A stretch of 64,000 nucleotides of DNA from the NCBI GenBank assembly GCA_028534125.1, contig CM052848.1, positions 9,734,001 through 9,798,000 on the forward strand, read 5' to 3'. The notes under the pieces were generated by a model. That model worked only from the letters and a program-made list of their open reading frames with translations, was not told where the DNA came from and did no database searches. The DNA is from Lama glama (lineage: Eukaryota). Shown here piece after piece: positions 25,811 through 37,512 of this stretch. Position numbers and translations under genes: made by a program. Position 1 is the first letter of the stretch; the number at the start of each line of letters is the position of its first letter.

Positions 25811-26319
25811 GGTAATTGCTTCAAATTTTAAGAGCAACTGCCCTGGACCTGAAGCAAGAAAGCCACCCAGGCCCCAGGCAGGGTCAAGGGTCATCTCTCT
25901 GTTGGCCTGCACACTTCTGTCCACACTTCCTCTCCCTCTACACTAGCACATCTGCTCCCTCACAACTTTGACTCACAGGGGGTCTGGCTTGTCCTGCCCG
26001 GAGTCAATCTCACAGCACCTTTGTCATTGGAGCCCTGCTGCTAACCAGCCCTGTCTCCCAGGGTTCATTTCCAAATTCCCATGAAGAGAACCTTCTAGAT
26101 CCAGCTCCTCCTTTCCAGCCAGTCTCACAGGTCCCCGGCTAATCTCCCCAGCACTAATCTACCCTTGTGTCAACTGGTCCAGTCGGCAAGGCCGAGGCAG
26201 GGTCCCAGCCAAGCAGCAGGTGGTGGGCGGGGGGTGATGCCCTTGGAAGGAGTTGGGAGAGGGCAGCAGGGCAGAGGTCAGAGCCCCGGAGCACACCTGG
26301 CGGGCAGAGCACCACCAAC

Positions 26320-26848
26320 TATGCAGAGAAAGAGTTAACCAAGCAGGCCTGAGACTGATGCACGTAGAAAGGCCTGCTTGCAAGGGCCCTTGGCTGGTGT
26401 CTGGGAACCTGGCCCCAGAGTGTCCCTGGTCATTAGTTAACTCCCCGAGCCTTGTCTGTCTGCAAGCAATGCAGTCTATGTGAGGACTTGCTCTTCTGCT
26501 GGGGGTCTGGGATTTTGGTGCCAGACCAAGGGTGCCTATGTGACCAGCCTTCAGTAGAAATCTCGGGTGCTGAGTCTCTAATGAGCTTCCCTGGGCAGAA
26601 ACATCACATAGATGTTGTTGTGTCTTTGTTGCTTGGGGGATGTGCCCTGTGACCCCTCCTGGGAGGGGGGGAGAGCATGAGGAGGCCTGCAGCGACTCCT
26701 CCAGGCTCCGCCTGTGTCGTTCCCCTTTTGGTCCAGCTGTGCATCCTTCCTTTGTCACTCTGAGCTGTGGGTCCAACTAAACGCTGCGGCCTGCGAGTTC
26801 TCCTAGTGAATCTCCAGTGTGGGGATGGTCTTGGGGGCCCTCAGCACA
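26320..26848 (+). mobile_element. MER21-type LTR (MER21C-like)
   Basis: gcagagaaagagttaaccaagcaggcctgagactg...gtgcctatgtgaccagcc...gagtctctaatgagcttccctgg...ggtcttgggggccc. Confidence 0.8.
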
Positions 26849-26879
26849 CAAGCCACAATGATGCTATAAAGAAAGAACA

Positions 26880-27360
26880 CAGGTGACGTGAGAGAAACAG
26901 GAGTGCAGTCAACATGGGGGCTCCAGAAAGACCCTCCCGTGGATGTTCTAGCTCAGCTGAGATCTGGCGGCATTCAGGAGGCAAAGGGCAGAAGGAGCAC
27001 ATTCCAGGCAGAGGAAGAGCCAGGCCCAGGACGGGACAGTGAGTGCCTGGCTCCCTGGGGGGACAGAACCATGTGGCTGTAGCCCCGGAAGCCAGGAGAC
27101 CCAGTGAGGTCAGAACTGCAGATGGAGGCTGTTCAAGGTGGGGCCCGGGTCCAACTCTTGGGTTTCATGCTAGGCAAGCAGGGGAGAAACGTGATCGAGT
27201 CACTTTTTCAAAGATCATCCTGGCTAATGTGTGCAGAATGGACAGAAGCAGGGAGAGCAGCTGGGAGGCCGTTCATGGTCCAGGTGAGACCTGACGACGG
27301 GGGTGGCCCTGGATGAAGGTGCAGCTTGAGGGGCGTTTTAGGAGAATGAGTTCTGACAGC
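26880..27360 (-). mobile_element. L2 LINE
   Basis: agctgagatctg...gagcacattccaggcagagg...tttttcaaagatcatcctggct...gtccaggtgaga. Confidence 0.65.
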
Positions 27361-29764
27361 GCCTCCTAGTGTCTGCTCGACAGCCTGCTCATCCGACCTC
27401 AGGCCAGGCGGGTCCTCAGACACCCCCCAGGGCTCCCTGCTGCGGCTGCGGGCTGCTGGCTGTGGCAGCGGCAGAGCTGATCTGCGAAACTTGCTGGTCC
27501 GCGATGATGTTCTCCGGCTTTGGCAAGCGTGTGCCCAAGGTTGCTGGCTGCCCTTCTCAAAAACACTTTCCTTTAATTTTGACACCTAATTCTTCCCATA
27601 TTTTATTCTCAAGGGGATTAAAAGGCCTTTTCATTAACAAAGACACTACAATAGTTGATGGGAGTAGTTGTGTGCGCGTCTGTACGTGACAAAATAATGT
27701 CGGTGGCCCATTTTCAATCCTTCCCACCTTAGTCCTACTTAAAAAAAAGCAGTGGTCTGTGGAACCCAGAGGTCTGATGACCATTTAAGTGGGGCTAAGT
27801 CCTGACTCCTCAGCCTGTTCGGGGCTCTCTGTAACCTTGCCTGCACCTCCCATTAGCTTCCAGCATCCTCTCCCCCGACGCCTCCTCCCGTCGGCTCCTG
27901 GTTTTTCACCCCAAGTCCTCCTCCGCCAGCCCCTCCTTCCTGGGTTGCCTCAGTCCTCCCGTCTCTCACCTGCCTCCTTGGTCTACTCCTTCCTCTCGAC
28001 TTGGAGGGTCTTCTCCTCCACTGGGCCAAGCGAACCCCTCCTGCGTCTCTCCCTGTGCCCCAAACCCTCCCTCCTCGAGGCGGGAGCTGCCCACTCTCAG
28101 AGCCCTCTGCCCTCTGTCTGAGCGCGGGGCGGGGCTGGTGGCCCAGGTCGGGTTGGACCCCTCCTCATCAGCTCCGCCTGATGCTGCCCCGACTGTGGTT
28201 GTCCTGCCCTCAGTTTGCCAAGGGAGGAAATGGGTTCAAAGCTCGCAAAGCAGTATTCACGGTCCTCCGGAGGTCAGGTAAGCAGTAACCACACCCCTTC
28301 CTCAGCGCTGCCCTGGTCCAAGAGGCCACTGACAGGACATTATCGCACCGCTGATGGAGAGAGATTGCATTTGACCCGGCCCACCTGTCCCCAAGCTCTC
28401 AGGACACGGTTCAGATAGATGATTCTAGGGCAGTGGAAATAGTTCTCTGACATCATTGTAGTTATGCAAGCTATCATAATGATACGTTTCCTGAAAAACT
28501 CAGATTTCAAGGTATAAATAGATTGCTTTCAGGGGATGAGAAAAGAGCCTCCCACGTATGAGGACCTGCTCCCCCACCCCCCCGCTGGGGAGCTTCCATT
28601 TTCTCAAGTGCCAATGTCACTGTCCTAAGTAAAAAAACTACAGAATAAAATAGGTGAAAAATCATCGATCCAGTGACAAGGCAGTACAGGGCACAGGGTC
28701 ACAGGTGGCAGAACACGGGCTTACCTGCAACTGGGGGGACAAGAGAGCAGCAGTAAACTGTGTGAAAGTGAATATTCTTAAATTCTTCTGCAGAACCGGT
28801 GCTGGAGATGTCCTCTGTAACACTCAGCAGCCTTTCTGTGAGGACTTTGGGATAAGTTCAAATATAGAGCCAAGAAAATTGTTCGCTAAAAAAATAAACA
28901 AAGCTTCCCCGAATGAGGACCAGCTCGTCAGCGGTCCCCATGAGCTGGACCACCCTGCGGCCGCGGGTCCAGCGGTTACCTCGCCCCAGACCCAGTTGGA
29001 TGGGATGCTTCCGGCTTTTTCTTTGCCTCAGTCTCTGCTGCATTCTCCTACTGCTCCCTTCCGGTGCCACCACCCCGCCCCCCAGCAACAGCAGCTCTCT
29101 AGAAACGTCTTTCTTCATTCTGCTCTTCCCTTCAGACCTCACAGCCAGCTCCGCCTGATTCCACCCCTATCTGAGCCTAAGCTGGGCCACCCTAGCCCTC
29201 CCCTGCTCTCCCACCATTGTGGGAGGTTGAGCCCTGCAGGCTGCACGTGGGGCTCCAACCCGGGCTCAGCCATCGGAGGTGGTGGGAGATGGCGGGGGTG
29301 GGGAGCCTTGGGCACAGTCAGGGGACAGCGGCTGTAGCCCAGGCCCCTCCGTGGCTCCAGCACCCTGAGAGCGCCCTGACCTCAGTGACACCACCTTCTC
29401 CTTCCCTCCTTCCCTGCAAGTGGTCCTGGCCTCCTACCTCCCCACCCTCTGTTTGCCTTCTGAGCTCCCCTCTCCCCTTGGCATTCAATCCCCTCTGTTG
29501 TAGTGGATCCAGTCCACTCCCTTCCCCGTCTCTTTCTGTAACGGCCTCCTCCTGGCCTCCAGAATTATTTCATGCTCCCAACATCGGTACCACGTGTCTA
29601 CATCGATGGACACAGTGATGCTTTATATGTTGTCCCTACTTACTTACGTGTTCATGGAAGCCTCAGTTATCCTGGTGGGGATGGTAAGTTATGTGCACCT
29701 TGTTTCCCACACAGCAGCCAGAGGGATCCATTAAAAACACAGAGCAGGTCATGACACCCCCAAC

Positions 29765-30495
29765 TCAAAGATACTCACTAGGTTGGCTATCTTAAAAAAT
29801 GAAAACAGGAAACAAGAAGTGTTGGCGAGGATGTGGAGCTGTTGGTTGGAACCCTTGTGCACTGTCAACAGGAATATAAAATGGTGCAGCCACTGTGCAA
29901 AACAGTATGGCGGTTCCGCAAAAAGTTAAAAATAGAATTGCTCTATGATNNNNNNNNNNNNNNNNNNNNNNNNNNNNNNNNNNNNNNNNNNNNNNNNNNN
30001 NNNNNNNNNNNNNNNNNNNNNNNNNNNNNNNNNNNNNNNNNNNNNNNNNNNNNNNNNNNNNNNNNNNNNNNNNNNNNNNCAGCAGATGGGTAGATAAGCA
30101 GAATGTGGTCTATACACACAATGGAATATTCTTCAGCCTTAGAAAGGAAGGAAATTCTGACTCACATTGTAACATGGATGAACCTTGAGGACATCATTCT
30201 TAGTGAAATAAGCCAGCCACCAGAAGGCAAATACTATGTGGTTCCACTTGGGTGCATAAGGTGGTCAGATTCAGAGACAAAGCAGGACGGTGGTCGCCAC
30301 GGGTTGGGGGAGGGGCGTGGAGAGTCAATGTTCCGTGGGGACAGAGTTTCAGTTTTCCAGGATGAAAAGAGTTCTGGAGGTGGATGGCGGTGATGGTTAT
30401 GCAACGTGAATGTAGTTACTGCCGCTGAATTGTATATTTGAAGGTAATTGTAATGGTACATTCTGTGCTATTTATAATTTACCACAGTTTTTTCA
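29765..30495 (+). mobile_element. L1MB-type 3' end (contains N-run 29950-30079)
   Basis: aagtgttggcgaggatgtggag...aatgtggtctatacacacaatggaatatt...catggatgaaccttgaggacat. Confidence 0.9.
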
Positions 30496-33400
30496 AAAAC
30501 TCTCCAAAGGCTTTTCATCAAAATTGGAGTAAAATCCATGAATAAAACCAAGGCCTGAAGGGCCTGTATTAGTGGTGGGTCTGCCTCTCCGAGGGCACCC
30601 CAACCCCCTCACTGCAGGGTCCTCAGCCCCTGGGAGACACAGCCTCCTGAGAGGGGCTGTCCGGGACCACCCCCTCTTTTATTTCTAGCCTTGTTGTTTC
30701 TGTCTGAATTGTGTGAAATAATTACCTGTGTTAATGGAGTTTCAGGGGAGGTGGTTCAGGGTACCAAAGCCATCGGGGATGGAGGGGAGAAAGGATGGAT
30801 CCCATGAGGGACTGATGGGAAAGAGACGGAACTGAGAGGCCAGGGGAAGTGGATGAGTGGTCTTGGGGCCCGTGGTCACTAACCTGCCTCAGGTGTGACT
30901 ATAAATATTACTCAGAACACAGCAGAACCGTTGTTTGATTTTGTCCAAGATCTGGTTTTCCCGCACAGTCTATTTCAAATACCTAATGAGTTTTCAGTCC
31001 TAGAGCCCACAGTAACCTTCCAGGAGAGCACGTGTTCCCTGGTGGCCCCCTTCCTGGAAGGAGGCGGGGGAGGACAGCACCTGGTGAGAAACGGTCAGGA
31101 ATGCAGGTCCCAGAAAGAATGGAAGGGCCGGAGCCCAGGGCGGCCCTCGGGGAGGCAAGGTTTCTGGCAGGGTTGAACATTCACTCACTGTCACTCTCTC
31201 TCTTGCTGGGGAGATGCTCTGAGACCATTCACCCTCGGGCTGAAGGTCAGTCCCAGGCACTGCTCGCCCCAGGACCGTAGGTCTTGATCACCTCCCACTG
31301 CACTCTGTTAACGTGGATCGAATGACCAACTAGGAACATAAAGAAAATGAGGGGGAAACCTCGCCCAGCTTTGTACCAAGCAGGGCAGTGTTTCCTTAAC
31401 AGAGATGGAAACCATTTGACTTCCAGAAACCAGAAAGACTGAGAAAGAACTGTAGTAACCACTGTTGCCAAGCATCCAGCCGGAACCTCACCGAACCTCC
31501 ATTTTTTTCTAAATCGCATGGAAGCCTTACAATGCAAGGACCATTGGTGCTGCTTGACAGATCAGGAAACTGAGGGGTGGAGGTTTCAAGGATTTGCCCG
31601 AGTTCTTCCTCCAGGGCCTCCTCCTCGCTCTGGCCCATCTCCTGGTCTCACAGCCACCCTGTGGAACCACACACACAGCTCATCCTGGTACTCGAGATAG
31701 CAACAACCAAAGTAACTCACCAAGGTGTTGCTTTATAACTTTTTGAGGGCGACTCAGCTGAGCAGCCTAGGCTAGGCCTCAGGAACAGGTGCGTCAGCAG
31801 GGAGGATGCTAGCTGGACGTCGGCCCTGGGCGGGGCCCCTGCCGAGAACTGGGACACCTGTGCAGAAACACTGGCCACCGCGCCTGTCCTCGGGAGTTTC
31901 CAGTTGGGCCCTAAGATCCTGGTGTTCCCAAGGCTTCCCTCGCCCTGTGCACCCAGTGGCCACCCTGTCCTGTGGCCTGTCACGCCCGGCGCTGTCAGTC
32001 ACACCCAGGTACCAGCCCAGGCGGGGTCTGCCTTCCGCTCGGATGTGCTGTGAACTTCGTCTGAGCCTCCCTGTGGACTAGGCCGATGATCTCTGCCCTG
32101 CCTGTCTCGAGGGGCCACTGAAAGATAAAACGAGGCATCAGACGTGACAGCCCTGCAGAGCAGAAAGCATCCTCCAAGCCTAAAATGGTCCTGAGGGTCA
32201 CAACCGGAAGTCTTCACCTCCTGCTTAGCGGCCAGTCCTGCTTCTTCTGGTCTGAGCTGAGTGTCAGGGTCATCACAGAACAGACTCCCCAGTCTCCCAC
32301 GTCCTGGACCTGGTTTGCGCCAGGCACCTGGACCACCTCGTTTTGTCATTGGCACAGTGGCGCTGCGGTGAGGAGGCCCCTGTGATGGTGCCCGTTCAGC
32401 CAGGGAGGAGGCTCAGCCGCAGCGGGTTTATGTAACGTGCTGCGGGTCCACGTGCTGCCATGTGGCTGTGGGTCAGTCTCTCCAGGCCCACGCCGAGCCG
32501 AGCCTCCAGGATCCAGCTGTCTTAGAACCGAGAACAGGTGGTCATTTTTAACCCACTGAACACATCGGCGCTCGGGCACGCCTGAGGCCCATTGCCGTGG
32601 GCGCTTGCTTGAGAGGAAACCGATGTGGCAGGGGTGGTTCTCCAAATACCACAGACAAGCAAGGACACCCGGATTTAGAAAAGCAAAGCTCCCTTCATGC
32701 AGACCCCCCCTCCTCCAAGCCCCAGGGTTGGACACAACCAGAAACACGGACATCAAACTTGGCTGGGCCAGTCTTGCCAGGCTCCTCAGAAACTATTCTG
32801 TGTGTCATCTTAGATATTTGGTTTTGCTCACAAGCTAGGTACCGTTGTTGGGACAAATTCTTTTGTATTTTCCCAGTAATTAGATGCCATTTTCCCAGAA
32901 ATTACAGGGAATCTGCTGTCACAGCTGGACGGCGAGGCTTCTCCCTGTGTGCTGGGTCCCTTCTTGCTGCCTGATTCTGTTCGGCTCTAGAAAGATTCCT
33001 TCTTGGCTTCAAAAAAAAAAAAAAAAAAGAAGAAAGAAATCAAGTTGATATTTTGCCGAATCTGTCTAGCAACCAGAAAAGAAGGTCAAGTTTTAAAAGA
33101 AGCGACATGGGAGGGGATTGTAATGAAATCCACTCTGGGCTGGGTACGGATGATTCACTTCAAGCACATAACATTCTGGAAAGCACGTGACCAAAGGTAT
33201 TTTTCTAAATAACCTCAAGTGCTAGGCGAGTCATTCTGTAAATTGCACACCAGCGACAACTCCTCACTGGTATTTTGCTTGGCAGGCGCTCAGCCCCACC
33301 ACGGCCCGGATTTTCCTGCAGGCAGAGCCCGGCCTTGTTTTGATGGTTGTTTCTACCGCTCTCCACCTCTGCCAGGAAGGGTGCCCAGCCCAGGGAGGGG

Positions 33401-34303
33401 CATGCATGGTGGGCTTTGAACTGGCCAAGGCACCTCTGCTTGGACACTGCGAGGTCCTCCCTGGGGCCCAGGGCAGTCTCAGTTCTTCTCCAAATGACGG
33501 CACTGCTGAAATTCCTCTTCCAGGTTCAAGGTTTCCATCAAAACAATTAGGACCCCCCAGCGACTGTCTTCTGAGAACCCCCTGAAACAGCAACAGCCCC
33601 CACCCCACCACTCCCATCACCCAAACAGCTCTGGAGTTGCTCCAGGCAGTAGAGGGTGCCGCTGCTGTCAGTAGGTGCTGGCACAGCAGCCTGACCTGAG
33701 ATGAGCCCATCGGGGTCCTTTCCAAACCAGGCTCCATCCTGCGGATCACGAAAGTGGGGAAAGCTGATCTCAGGAAGAGAGGGAGTATTGATCAAATGTG
33801 CAGAGAGGAGCAGGGATAAAGCAGAGGAAGAGGACTGGGATGGTGTCTGAGTCCCCAGTCCTGGTTTACCCCGAAGCTCAGCTCTCCTGAAATCCCACAA
33901 AGCAGCAGAAGGTCCTTCAAGTTAATCTCCTTTTCTCTTAGGCTTGTCCAAGTGACACTCTGTCGCTTCCAACCAAAAGAGTCCTAACAATGTCACCTGA
34001 CTCTCTTGCACTCATGACCCCATTCAGGTACGAAGTCTCTGTAGCTGCTCCTGGTCTACCTGGATAAGGAAACTTGCTTATAGGTGGGCTTACTTTAGGA
34101 AAACTCGATGTGTTAAAATACAAATGATCAAACCCAAAAAATCCATGACTAAGTATTCCTACCCTCAAAAGAATTGTTTGCTGTCTGAAAAGGAGCTTAC
34201 TGGAAAGGATTGTTTCTATTACACTTTGCCTACTGCACTTAAAATACTCTTTTGGAACCAAAATGTCCTTTAAAAGAACTAGTAAAATCCATTTTGATGC
34301 ATC

Positions 34304-34711
34304 TGTATTAGTTTCCTAGGGTTGCTATTACAAAGTCCCATAGACTAGGCATTCTTAAACAATAGGAATGTATCCACTCACAGTTCCGGAGGCTGGAAAT
34401 CCAAGAAGAAGGTGTTGGCAGGGCTGGTTCTTTCTGAGGGCCATGAGAGAAGGGTTTCGTTCAGGCCTCTCGTGAGTGGTGGTCTTCTCCCTGGATCTCT
34501 TGGTAGCAGCTTCCTTCTATGTGTGTCTGTCTCTGTACAAATGTCCCCTTTTTCTAAGGACACATGAGGGTGGACCCTAATCATCCAAAATGATTAGGGT
34601 CCACCCTCATCCCTTTAGCTTGATTATCTCTGTGAAGACCCTGTCTCTAAGTTACTAGCAATTAGGACTCCAGCTTATCTTTTCAAGGGAGATACAATTC
34701 AGCCCGTAACC
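34304..34711 (-). mobile_element. MLT1 (MLT1B/C-like) MaLR solo LTR
   Basis: tgtattagtttcctagggttgct...ctcacagttccggaggctggaaatccaag...gatacaattcagccc. Confidence 0.85.
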
Positions 34712-35696
34712 CACACGGTGGAATACTATACAGTCAGGCAAAAGAGGGAGATTCATCTGCATGTGCTGAGACCACACACACAATGTGGACAAGCCAGGCT
34801 TTATGTCTGTTTGTGTGGATCTCTCTGTTAGGACCAGTATGTGCAATGACATTCACACTGGTACATATAGGTGTATTTCTTTAATTTCTGAAAGGAAGCA
34901 AGACAAGTTCACAATAGTTACCACTTTGAAGAGAGAGCTGAAAAAGGAGGGAAATAGACTTTGACTTTTTTTTTTGTATTTTATTTACTTTCTTTTTCTA
35001 TATTGACTGAATCTCGTGTGTATATATACACACATGTGTGTGCGTGTATATACATGTATACACATTTCTTTTCTTCCTTATGCTTTTCTTTATTCTATGT
35101 AAGCTCTGTATTGTCTTAACAATGTTGAGTTGGTTTGCACACAAGTTCTCAGGAGTAGATTTTAGATGCCAGGCATAACCTACATTCTGTGTATCTGTCT
35201 GTACTTGTAAGCTCTGAAAAGCTTACATTCGTTCTTGCCCTTGTATGTGGTGCTTAGCATGATGGGCCAGGAAACCGGGTCCTTTCTAGTGTCTGGAGAC
35301 AGTGATGGGGAGAGAGCAATGAGGAGCACTTTGGTAAAGAAAGCAGGTTGATCATGGCTGATGCTGGCTAGAACTGCTTCCTTGGATGATGAAATAAAGG
35401 CTTAAAAAAAGAAATGCCAGAGATTCATCAGGCAAGGCCTTGGAAATACCACAGGCTCTTACTCCATTCAGGTGCCAGTGGTGTTTTTGTAGGTCCAGGA
35501 GAAATGTCCTTGGTAGGAATGAAAAGGCTGCGATTCAGTGCATGATTTTTACTTTTTAGAGACCTCTCTTTAGACCAGTCTTTCTCAACCCTAGTTCTGG
35601 GAGAAAAGTAAGCCCCAAGATCCTGAGACGTCCACTGAGTGCAATGAATTCTCTTTTTCCACCCTTGTATGGCTCTCAGTTACTCAAAGTCTACAG

Positions 35697-36605
35697 TTTT
35701 TTTAAAAAATTGAAGTATAGTTGATTTACAATGTTGTGTTAGTTCCTGGTAAACACCACAGTGATTCAGTTATATATATGTACAATATAATATATAATAT
35801 AAAATTATATTATGTATGTATAAAACTATATAATAAATGTATGTAAATTATATAAAATATGTAATATAAATAATATATTCTTCTTCAGATTCTTTTCCAT
35901 TATAGGCTATTACAAGATGTTGAATATGGTTTCCTGTGCTATTATAGTAGAACTTTGTTGTTTATCTGTGTTATGCAGTAGTGTGTGTCTGTTAATCCCA
36001 AACTCCTAATTTATCCCCTCCCCTTTCCCCTTTGGTAACCAGATGTTTGTTGGCAATGTGTGTGAGTCTGTTTCTGTTTCTAAATAAATTCATTTGTGTC
36101 ATTTTTTTAGATTCCACATGTAAGTGACATCATATGATATTTGTCTTCCTCTGTTTGACTTACTTCACTTAGTATGATGATCTCTGGGTCCATCCATGTT
36201 GCTATAAATGGCATTATTTCATTCTTTTTTATGGCTGAGTAATGTTCCATTGTATAAAAATACTACATCTTCATTATCCATTCATCTGTCTATGGACATT
36301 CACGTTGCTTCCATGTCTTGGCTATTGTAAACAGTGTTGCTATGCACATTGGGGTGCGTGTATCTTTTCAAATTACAGTTTTCATCTTNNNNNNNNNNNN
36401 NNNNNNNNNNNNNNNNNNNNNNNNNNNNNNNNNNNNNNNNNNNNNNNNNNNNNNNNNNNNNNNNNNNNNNNNNNNNNNNNNNNNNNNNNNNNNNNNNNNN
36501 NNNNNNNNNNNNNNNNNNNNNNNNNNNTCTCCACACCCTCTCTGGCATTTGTTATTTGTAGACTTCTTGATGATTTGCAGACTTCTGACCGGTGTGAAGT
36601 GATAC
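35697..36605 (-). mobile_element. Cetartiodactyl L1 3' end (contains N-run 36389-36527)
   Basis: ttgaagtatagttgatttacaatgttgtgttag...tccatccatgttgct...ccatgtcttggctattgtaaacagtg. Confidence 0.92.
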
Positions 36606-37047
36606 CTAAGGAACACAGGGCTTTAAATCAGATTAAACACTTTTTTCACTATCAGGAGTGATAGATTTTCGCCAGGGTGTGTTTCTTCTATTCAATGTCG
36701 AGGGATGAGGACCGTCTTGCTAGCAAATTATTTTTTTACAAAACAATGTTTACCTGCCTTCCTTAATAATCATATGGCTGTAGGTGTCACGATTCCTGAG
36801 ACATGCTTCAGATAACCCTAGAAAGTCTTAAAACATAACGTATTAATGTTTTGGTTAATCAGCTCTTCTTCCATCCCTGCACTCAAAATGAACTCACAGC
36901 GTGTTTGTTTTCTTTTTCCTGCCTGAGGCTGATACCACTCACCATCCTTCTTTGCACTGAAATCTCCAGGATGATTTCCCACACTTGGAACTGCCCCTTT
37001 GCTCTCATCTCTGGGGGCAAACACTCACAAAAGCTTTCCGTGGTTGC

Positions 37048-37512
37048 TGTGGCTTGAACTGTATCCCCTAGAAAGAGATGTTGATGTCCTAACCCCCAGC
37101 GCCTGTGAACATGACCTTATTTGGAAAGAGGGTCTTTGCAGATGTCATCAAGTTAAAATGAGGTCATTCTAGACTAGAATGGGTCTAATCCCATGAGCAG
37201 TGTGCTCCTAAGAGGAAAGAGAGAGAGATTTGGGCACAGAGACACCCGGGGAAGGTGCCAGGTGACAACAGAGGCAGAGATTGTAGTGATGCTCCTACAA
37301 ATGAAAAAACTCCAAGGATTGCTGGCAACCAGCGGACATTAGGCAGAGGGCAGGGAGGATCTTTGCTAGAGCCTTCAGGGTAGCAGGGCCCTGCTGACAT
37401 CTTGGTCCTGGACTTCTGGCCCCCAGAACAACGAGAGAATAGATTCCTGATGTTTTAAGCCACTCAGTTTGTGGTCATCTATTTATTACTGTAGCTTGAA
37501 GAAACGGATACA
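37048..37512 (+). mobile_element. MLT1C-like MaLR solo LTR
   Basis: TG...CA ends with a 5-bp TSD GTTGC (37043-37047 and 37513-37517); gaccttatttggaaagagggtctttgcagatg core. Confidence 0.9.

Noticed and set aside
26159-26776. 205-aa minus-strand ORF
   Set aside because: It lies largely within a MER21-type LTR and has no recognisable domain.
28275-28283. Isolated strong donors (+28278, +51264, -15876)
   Set aside because: Several MAG|GTAAG matches are expected by chance, and no convincing partner acceptors were found.
28454-28472. SOX-OCT-like composite CATTGT-agtt-ATGCAAGC
   Set aside because: The octamer has two mismatches and there is no supporting context.
28654-29337. 227-aa plus-strand ORF
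   Set aside because: It has a GTG start, no recognisable domain and a low-complexity P/L/S tail; it is probably a chance ORF.
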